Shown: in pieces, positions 55,766 through 64,000 of the stretch | Layout of the letters: every line of letters starts with the position of its first letter | Numbering within the stretch: the first letter of the stretch is position 1 | Source: the human T2T-CHM13v2.0 reference genome, Homo sapiens | DNA: 64,000 nucleotides | Direction: 5' to 3' (one strand) | NCBI RefSeq assembly: GCF_009914755.1 | Contig: NC_060948.1 | The notes under the pieces: generated by a model | The model's input: only the letters and a program-made list of their open reading frames with translations | What the model was told of the DNA's origin: nothing | Database searches by the model: none | Program-made: the position numbers and the translations under genes

Positions 55766-56539
55766 TAGTTAGAGAAAGCTGGAGTTATAGAAAGCCAGTC
55801 TAGTGTCAAATGGGTGATTATTTCTGGGGAAATATTTTGATAAGGGAACCAAGCTTAGAAGACCTAAACATATTGTATGATTGCTATACCACTTGCACTT
55901 TTTTTTCAACATATCCTTTATTCCCATAGTGCTTTTGTTGGAGTTTGCAAATTTAATATTGCACAGTTTGTCCATGAATACCTTTAATAGAGTTAGTCTA
56001 ATGATGATGGTGTTGGTGTTCTACAATTGAAAGAATCCTGATTTACACATGTGTTAAGATAGAAAGTCATTCTTGACTTTATATATACACTTAAAAACTT
56101 TTTATCAAGATTTATTTCATGAAATGTTAAATATTCAGTGGTGTAAGCAATTATCCGGTTAGACTTTTTATTTCTGTGACTTAGCACAAGAAAATACTAT
56201 TTTTGCTCAGACAATATTGTGTGTGGGTTACGCGTTGATCATTTTAAATATGAAAGAATAACTGCATAGTGTTTGGACAGTTCCAGTTTTGCACATCATG
56301 GCCTCCCTAGGGAATTGCCAGGATGAATTAGATGTGAACTGCACCTCGAGTAGCATGCACTTATGTTGAATTAAACAGCAAAAAGCATCTACTCCAAACA
56401 AAGCTTGTAGTGTGTGAATAGCTGTCACAGACCTGCTTTTGCTAATGATGATTTGATATGAAATCCAGATGTTCCTGGAGGAAGGGAGATAGCATTAGTG
56501 CCCTGATTTCTCAGCCTGTCATGAAACCAGGCCTTCACA

Positions 56540-56945
56540 ATGTGACCACATTACAGCTTTTCTCACCAGAAAGTAGGGGATAGTTGATCCCTAAATTTTG
56601 AGTTCATCTCATTACTTGGTTTAGCAATGTTACAATGGGTGTCAACAGTGGCAGAGATTTTGAAAGTTCTTGTGCTTTTTCTTGTGCTCCTGCAGTTGGC
56701 CCCCATCTTTAGCTCATGCCTGAGCTAGCTTGCTGGAAGATAAGAGACCTATGGTGCAGTTATCTCAGATGATAACCATAGGAGTGAAGTCAACAGGGAA
56801 CCAAAATACCATTTGGCTGAACACAACCTAAATGTGCAACCCATAATCCATCTCATAAGTTAGACAACTGCATTTTATTTCAAGCCATCATGGTAAGGTA
56901 AAGGGTGTTTGCTGTGCTGCATTATTGTAGCACTAGATAATCAAT
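56540..56945 (+). mobile_element. Old MLT1-like LTR
   Basis: 3' end TTTCAAGCCA...TGCATTATTGTAGCACTAGATAAT. Confidence 0.5.
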
Positions 56946-57713
56946 CTTTTCTTAAGCATACCCTGGTTTTATTGACAGTAGTTGTTCCTCAGTATCCAGA
57001 GGTGATTGATTTCTGGACCCCCCCACATGTTTCAAAACTTGAGAGTGCTCAAGCCTTTATATATAACATCGAAATGAGACAAGAAGTCTTCTCTTGATGG
57101 AAGGTCTTTCCTGGATAGAAGGGTTCACGGTCTCACGGGCTTCAAGGAACAAAGCTGTGGATCACAGCTGCGAGTGTTATAGCTTGATTACAGAAAGGCA
57201 GGGACCTGAAGAGTGTGCAGTGGCAAGATTTATTAAAGCGAAAGTGAAAGTAAAACAAAAGCAAAAGTAAAGCTTCCAGGCAGTGGAAGGGGGCCCAGAA
57301 GGGTTGCTGTTTCTGGCTTGGATGCCTTATGCTTGTATCCCCTTAAGAATCTTCCCGTTTTCCTTTTTCCGTCCTGTAGGATTAGCTTATTTTCTATCAC
57401 TTGTAGGTTGGCAGGCCTGATTGGTTAAAAGCACTAGGCTACAGCTGCAGCTTAAACTCCCTATATGATTGATTGAAGTTTCAATCTGTTAGTTTGCAGC
57501 TATGACTCATTGTGGCTTAGAGGAAAGTCCCCTTTAATTGGTTAGAGTTTCAATCCCTTAGCTTGCAGCTATGACTCATTTTGGCTTAGGGGAAAGCCCT
57601 TGGGGAAGTCCCTATTGACCCAGGAAGTCCAGACAACTTAGCCACTTAGTCTCTCAGTTCTCCATCTCAACAAGAAAGCCCAAGTGCTGTTGGGAAGTTG
57701 GGCAACAACTGTT

Positions 57714-58857
57714 CTAGCTACTTACTGCTGAACTGGGGCATAGAAGTGGCTCTGCAGTTGAGTTTTCCTCAGGAGGGGAGTCTTCAGTGTCATGGTGAAG
57801 TAACAGGTTGGCGGTTCAGTCTAGGGGTCCTCGATAGCAGGTGCTAGTGGTGGTCATTTGGGGCTCCATCTGTAGAACCATTCGCAGTTTCATGGATTCT
57901 ATTCTGAAAGGATAAATTTTACAAGGAGGTTAAAAATGCAGGCTCCACAGATAGGCAACATCACAATAGCCACCAAGGGTCCCAAGAAGGGCAGAAACCA
58001 GGGCATCTATTGGTTGACAATACTCCAAGACCTGTGTCTTGAAGCTCTTGTGCCTGGCAGTGTATCTGGTCTCAAAGCTCCCTAAACTTCTTGGTGACAA
58101 GTCTAGATTGATTAATGACATAGCAGCACTCTTCTCCTAGAAAAACACAGGTTCCACCTCTTTTGGCTATTAATAAATCTAAGGCCCTCCAATTTTGAAG
58201 GGCTACTGTTGCTAAAGGGTTAGGCTGGCTTTATAAGGTGACCAGTGAGTCTGCAACTCATTCCATGTCATCATTTAACTCCTGTGATAATTTGTACTAG
58301 AATTGAGTGGTGGTGGTAATGCCACCAATGCCAGTTCCTAGTCCTCCTTTTATCCCAGCCTCAATAATAAATGGCAAGACTACTGCCCATTTGTAACGGG
58401 GTTTGGGTAAAAGAAAATCCTGTAATTCCTGATCCATATAGACAGTCATAGGGGGGCACCAAAAAGGAGAGAAAGCATAGACTTTTGGAGGAACTATTTA
58501 AGCAGTGGTAAGCTGAGAAGCCACAAACAAAAAAGATCCCTGATGGTAAGCAAGAGAGTCGTGGAGGTAGGGTAATCCATGTTTTGCACTGGAAGATGGC
58601 TGCATTAATGGTTGTGCTAAATTTTACACAGGTGAGATTTGATGTATGTGTTATTTCTAGACTTGAGACTAAAGGGCCCACCAGGGCTGTGGTGTTTGTT
58701 CTCAGTTCATGGCTTTCCAATGTTTGGGAGCAGGAACTGGGACAAATAGTTTAAAGCATAAGGGGAGGAACATCCAGCAGTCAGTTGGATTTTGGCTGGA
58801 GGCCTTGTGAATTTCAGCAATGGTGACATTAAATAAATTTAGCAAGTGGTAGTGACT
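57714..58857 (-). pseudogene. env: Syncytin-1/HERV-W-like env remnant (SU C-terminal half and TM)
   Basis: NTTALVGPLVSSLEITHTSNLTCVKFS and CLPSGIFFVCGFSAYHCLN closely match recalled ERVW-1; frameshifts and stops. Confidence 0.9.
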
Positions 58858-59410
58858 GACTAATCCTTGTGCTTTTAGGTCTTTGACGATCTTTTGTAAC
58901 CCGTATTGGGCTTCTGGTCTGAGGGAGTACAGCCTTCGATAAGGAAAGGAGGTAGGATCCTTTAATTTAACTTGAACTGGATAAGTGTTTTTTGCTCATC
59001 TGTATTGTCCTTTCTCTGCTCACACTTCAGGATTAACTCCCTCCTCGAGTAGAGGGCAGCAAACAGGTATTCCTTCTCCTATATTCAATATATAATGCTC
59101 CCTGCTTTAGCAGTATATAACTATATAGTGGTCTCTCCCTAGTAAAGGAGTAGGGCTCTCAGGAATAATAAGAAATGCATGAGAGAAAAATAAGGTTCCC
59201 CAGTCACAACTTAGGGAGTGGGAGAAATGCCTAGTGACTGGCTGTCCTAGGAACATTTTGATGGTGACATACCTGGACAGTAGTTGTCCAGGACAGAAGA
59301 GTAAAACTGAGAAGGCCACACCAGTGTCCAGGGGGAAGTTATTTTCCTGGACATCAATGGTTAAGCTTACCTGGGGCTCTGTGCAGGTGATGGCATGGGC
59401 TGGCAGGCAC
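58858..59410 (-). pseudogene. pol: Protease and start of RT (pro-pol remnant)
   Basis: LDTG active site, HAFLIIPESPTPLLGRD, VQVKLKDPTSFPY...RPEAQYGLQKIVKDLKAQGLV. Confidence 0.88.
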
Positions 59411-60545
59411 CCTTAGTCCTGTGTTAGACCATCTGGTTAGTGGCCTCTGGCCCAGAGGACCTTTGCCCTCAGGGGCAGTGTGCCTTCCAGTGATCCCCCT
59501 GGCACAAGGGACATAGATGAGGGGTGGCTTATTTTGGTTTGGGCAGTCCTTATTGAAGTGCCCCTGTAAGCCACACTGACAACCAGCCCTGTTAGGTGGG
59601 TTGCCTGCCCAGCCTTTCTTTCTTTTAGAGCCACCAAAGTTTGTCTGCCTGAGAGCCATGATTAAGATGGCGGCCTTTTTCTTGTCTAGTCTGTCTCATT
59701 CAGCCTGGTTCAGCCTGCTCCTCTTGGTTCCTATTATAAAACACTGAAGTGGCCAAATTCAATAGAGTTTCTAAATTTTGCTTGGGGCCCAGGGCAGGTT
59801 TTGAAGTTTTATTCTAATGTCTGCAGCTGACTGAATGACTGAACTTATCCTTTAAAATTAGTTGGCCTTCAATAGAGTCAGGTGACAAGGAGGTATAGTT
59901 TCTTAATGTCTCCCTTAGCCTCTCTAAAAATGCCATAGGGTTTTCTTCCTTTCCCTGCATTATGGTGGACATCAATTAGTAATTCATTGGCTTTTTTCTG
60001 GTCTTTCTTAATCCCTCTAGTATACAAGACCGTAAATGCCTGTGACTCCAGCCTCCATGCTCCGAATTGAGGTCCCAATGGGGATCCACACTGGGAACCG
60101 CCTGTTGGCCCCTGTGGAGAACTGTTTCCTTTCTTCTGATGTCATTTTATCATTTACCTGGCTTAGCTACCAGAGATCCCCAAACTCCAGGGCCACTTTA
60201 GTTGGGAGTTAATGTTTGACCTATCAACAATATAATATCTCTCCATGCTAAATCAAAAGATTGTCCTAATCCCTTTAAGAGGTCTATATATCCATCAGGA
60301 TTATCTGATAATTTTCCTATGTCCAGTTTGATCTGTTTTAAGTCTGAGAGGGAAAAGGGTACATGTATTCATGCCAGGCCAAAGTCTCCTCCTCCTCCCA
60401 TGGCTTGGAGGGGCACAATCGAGGGCCATTGGCACCTTACGGTTCCTTGACTATCTCTTTGTCTGGTTGCTTTTGGGCCAAAGGGAGAGACCTTACTAGC
60501 GGGAGAGAGAGATTTGGGGAGACCTGAGTATGGAGGTGGAGAAGT
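59411..60545 (-). pseudogene. gag: gag remnant (PPPY region, CA, NC zinc knuckle); MA apparently missing
   Basis: VPFSLSDLKQIKLDIGKLSDNPDGYI; CQCGLQGHFNKDC. Confidence 0.85.
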
Positions 60546-62082
60546 TCTACAATTCTAATCACTGATCCCAGACAGGAAAGCTGGTAATTAAAGTAGACTC
60601 TACAATCTGAGGTAAGTTTAGGGCAAAAAAAGGAAAAATGTCATAGACCTTCTATCAGCCACTGGCATGCCCTTTGAGGTCCCAGACAGTGCCTAGGGTA
60701 TAGGTTATGAGGGACAGGTCCTGTATAAGTATAGTGATATCCATTTGCATAAGAATAAGGCTGGGGGCACCATGAGCAAGGGTCTTTGGATTGCCACCCC
60801 ACTCAACTTAGGTTCCTAGCCAAAAGATTCTTAGACTCAGGGGTAGGAAAGATCCTAGAGGATAGGGCCTCAAGAAAGTCTTCTCTGAGGACATTAGGAC
60901 CCAGGAGGCATGGGTCAGAAAAGACAGAGAATGCACATATGGGCAGCTGCAGAGTAGAGGCTTCTCACTGTGCCATGATCTAAACCAGGTCAGTGCCAGG
61001 AGTAAGGGATGACAGTTTTCTTCCTCTAGCCAGCCCTCAGCTTTTCCCAGGAAAGGCAGAGAAAAGTGGAACTGGTTCCAGCAGATCAATGCTCTAAGCA
61101 CAGAGGGATGGGGGTAATTAAAGAAAGAGTCCTTTCCCAGAAAGCCTCATACCTGTGTCTTAAGTCCAGTGGCCATGCTTGTCACTTTTAAATGGCAGAC
61201 AGGTGCCCAGTGTTTTCCTCTAATTTCTGGTGAGAAGATAGAAGAGAATAGCAAGCGAAAGGGGTCCAATGTTACTCACTGCTATGGATAATCCCTATAT
61301 GGGCGACCAGAAATGAGATGAAAATTCTTCTCCTGATCTAAGGTCTTTTCTCAATTGAAGGGTTTCTGGTCTCAAAGGCTTCAAGGAATGTAGTCATGGA
61401 CCAGTGGTGAGTGTTACAGCTCAATTAGAGAAGGGCACCAACCCAAAGAGTGTGTGCTGGCAAGATTTATTAAAGCCAAAGTGAAAGTAAAACTTCCACG
61501 CGGTGGAAGGGGACCCAGAAGGGTTGTCATTTCTGGCTTGGGTGTCTTATGCTTATATCCCCTTATGACTTCCCCACCTTTTCCTTTTTCTGTCCTATAG
61601 GATTAGCTTATTTTCTATCTGTGGGTTGGCAGGCCTGATTGATTAAAAACATCAGGCTGCAGCTAGAGCTTAAATTACTAATATGATTGGTTGATGTTTC
61701 AATCCCTTAGTTTGCAGCTGTGACTCATTTCGGCTTAGGAGAAAGTCCCCTTTGATTAGTTGAAGTTTCAATCCCTTAGCTTGCAGCTATGAGTCATTTT
61801 GGCTTAGGGAAAAGCCCCTTGGGGAAGTCCCTATAGACCCAGGAAGTCCAGCCAACTTAGCCACTTAGTCCGTCAGTAGTATTTGCATTTAACCTACATA
61901 CATCCTCTTATATACAGTTAGCCCCATGTTCTACATCTGTGGATTCAACCAATATTGGATCCAGATATTTGGAGAAATCAAGAGCATCTATAATGAACAA
62001 TAAACACCTTTTTTGTAACTATGTACATAACTATGTACTTAACTACTACACAGTGTTTACATTGTATTAGGTATTATGAGTA

Positions 62083-63210
62083 CAATTATGTACCACCTAA
62101 CAATGTTTTGGTCAATAACAGATCACATATATGCTGGTGGTCTCATAAGATTACAATGCCATATTTTTACTGTACCTTTTCTATGTCTAGCTATGTTCAG
62201 ATACACAACATTTACCATCGTGTTGCAATTGATTACAGTAGTAAGTGCAGTAGCATGCTGTTCATGTTTGCAGCCCAGGAGTGGGAGGCTATGATGTATA
62301 GCCTAGGTGTATATAACAGGCTATATCATCTAGGTTTGTGTAAGTACACTCACTAATATTCACACAACAAAAAAAATCATTTAATAGCACATTCTCATAA
62401 GGACTAAGCTCTAATATTTTCTTTCCCAAATTCTCATCAAAGGGGTCTGGGTAGTCATGCCCTACAAACTTGTAACTTCTCATCAAATGCATTTTATTTA
62501 ACCCTACATATCATGATGTACTTTCCAATATGACTCTGGCAAAACATTATGTGACAAAGAAGAAAGTGAAAATATTTTACCCCAAAACATGTTTCTTTGT
62601 CAATTCTTGAAATTACCCTGCAAATCTGTCCTAAGTGGGGGAAAATTTGCATCTGTAAAGAATCTCTATTAACATAGCTAGGTCTTTATCTTCCAGATGT
62701 TCCCTATCTTAAAAAGATTAACTTAAAGTCTAGCATGCTTTAGAAATCTGAACAGAAAATATTTGTCATCTATTTTTTCTAAGAGCTGCCACAATAAGAT
62801 TTCAAGAGAACCTTGGTCTCCACAATCATTTATTTTAACCTGAATATCCCAGGTCTTTAGACAAACTCAACGAATTCTCAACCAGAAAATACTTAAATTT
62901 ACCTATAGCCTGGAAGCCCCATCCCCTCCCACCCCACCCTGACCTTGCTTGAGTTGTACTGACTATCTGGACTAAACCAATATATTTCTTAAATATATTT
63001 GATTGTGGTTTCATGCCTCCCTAAAATGTGTAAAACCAAGTCATACCCCCATCACCTTAGGCACATGTTCTCAGGACCTACTTAGGGCTTTATCATGGGT
63101 CATGGTGACTTATATTTGGCTCAGAATAAATCTCTTCAAACATTTTACTGAGTTTGTCTCTTTTTATCAACACTCAGAACATAGCCCTGTTGTTAAACAA
63201 TACATTATTG
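62083..63210 (+). mobile_element. Tigger3a (MER7A-like) inside inner MER2
   Basis: Degenerate TIRs CAATTATGTACCACCTAACAATG / CTGTTGTTAAACAATACATTATTG, TA TSD, TATAGCCTAGGTGT...CTAGGTTTGTGTAAGTACACTC. Confidence 0.8.
62398..63172 (+). mobile_element. MER4-family (MER4E/D-like) solo LTR inside Tigger3a
   Basis: TAAGGACTAAGCTCT...GGCTCAGAATAAATCTCTTCAAA...TCAACA; perfect 4-bp TSD CTCA. Confidence 0.83.
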
Positions 63211-64000
63211 TAATCTAGAGAGGATTTAATATATATGGGAGGGTGTGCAGAGGTTATATACAGATACGACACAATTTCATATCAAGACGTTGAACATGCA
63301 TGGATTTTGGAATACTCTGGAGGTCCTAGGACCAATCTCCTACTGGTACCAAGAGACGACTGTACTTTAAATCATCTCTAGTTTTTTGTTTCTGTTTTTA
63401 TTTTTATTTTTAATAATCCCTCATACAGTGTAAATGCTAAGCATAGTTGTTATACTGTATTGGGTTTTGGTTAAGTTTTTATTGTTGTATTTTTATTTTT
63501 AATTTTTAAAAAGTATTTCTGATCTGAGGATGGTTGAAATTGCTGATGTGGAACTGGAAATATAAAAGGCTGACTGGATGTGAAAGTCATCCCAGTAGGA
63601 TAAAGAATATATGCCATGGCGTGAAGGCAGACAATCAACCCAGGTTTGTGTTAAATTGATAAACTTAAGTTATAATTTATTGATACAATACACATGTATT
63701 GTTAACATAGGTGGGACTGAGTTGAATTGAGTTTCATAGCATTTATCAAATGCTGTGTCCCGAAGGGGAAAGGTAGGTTCATGTGTTCTCACTCTTTGAG
63801 GCATGCTTGTATTAGTACTTCCTGACACATCACGGAGGAAGTCAACAAAAGCAGAGAATTATCTCAAAAATTGTTCAAAGACCCCTAATAGTACAAAAAA
63901 TTTTGTTGAATAATCAAGACCCATAGGGGCCCTGTGTTCATGGAACTTCCATTGTCACCAAAGAGATAAAGTGATATAATAGACATTGGTTGTCAAATTA

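Larger units (their letters stand above)
57075..61875 (-). mobile_element. Deleted ERV1 provirus of the HERV-W/HERV9 supergroup: 3'LTR 57075-57656, 5'LTR 61314-61875
   Basis: Two homologous ~570-bp LTRs, PBS at ~61292-61309, PPT at ~57657-57670, gag/pro/pol/env remnants; TSD not clear. Confidence 0.9.
61915..63362 (-). mobile_element. Inner MER2 in opposite orientation, inserted at a TA of the outer MER2
   Basis: CAGTTAGCCC...GGATTCAACCAA start, ...GTACCAAGAGACGACTG end; TA on both sides. Confidence 0.8.
56979..63576 (+). mobile_element. Outer MER2 (Tigger MITE) in three pieces: ~56979-57070, 61876-61914, 63363-63576
   Basis: Pieces join into the MER2 consensus (CCTCAGTATCC...TTATATA|GTAGTATTTGCAT..AACCTAC..ATCCTC..TATA|TACTTTAAATCATCTCTAG...GGCTGACTG). 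Confidence 0.82.

Noticed and set aside
57714-58857. Possible ERVW-1 (syncytin-1) gene
   Set aside because: Truncated and frameshifted, different LTRs, and retains the MVLQ tail motif

Overview
This window is catarrhine-primate (human/ape-like) non-coding genomic DNA made up mostly of transposable elements. I found no host protein-coding exon, RNA gene, CRISPR array or prokaryotic feature. Nearly all listed ORFs are broken retroelement frames or chance ORFs. Main contents: a dead L1PA (1-4920); a twin-primed inverted L1PA abutting an older L1M; an internally deleted HERV9/LTR12 provirus with both LTRs, PBS and 4-bp TSD (25743-32470); a full-length THE1A provirus (32936-35619); a minus-strand HERV-W-related provirus with syncytin-1-like env but LTRs unlike LTR17 (57075-61875); and many Alu, MaLR solo LTR, MER DNA-transposon and old L1 pieces. 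Notable observations: both ERV1 proviruses carry large deletions that join gag or pol to env in frame; two short templated insertions copied from nearby ERV internal sequence (one a perfect 38-mer from 5.5 kb away); a multi-layer nested TE stack; and an ancient triplicated unique segment at 18.3-20.5 kb. I do not see convincing evidence of a new functional system. Subfamily names come from recalled consensus sequences and need RepeatMasker/Dfam confirmation.
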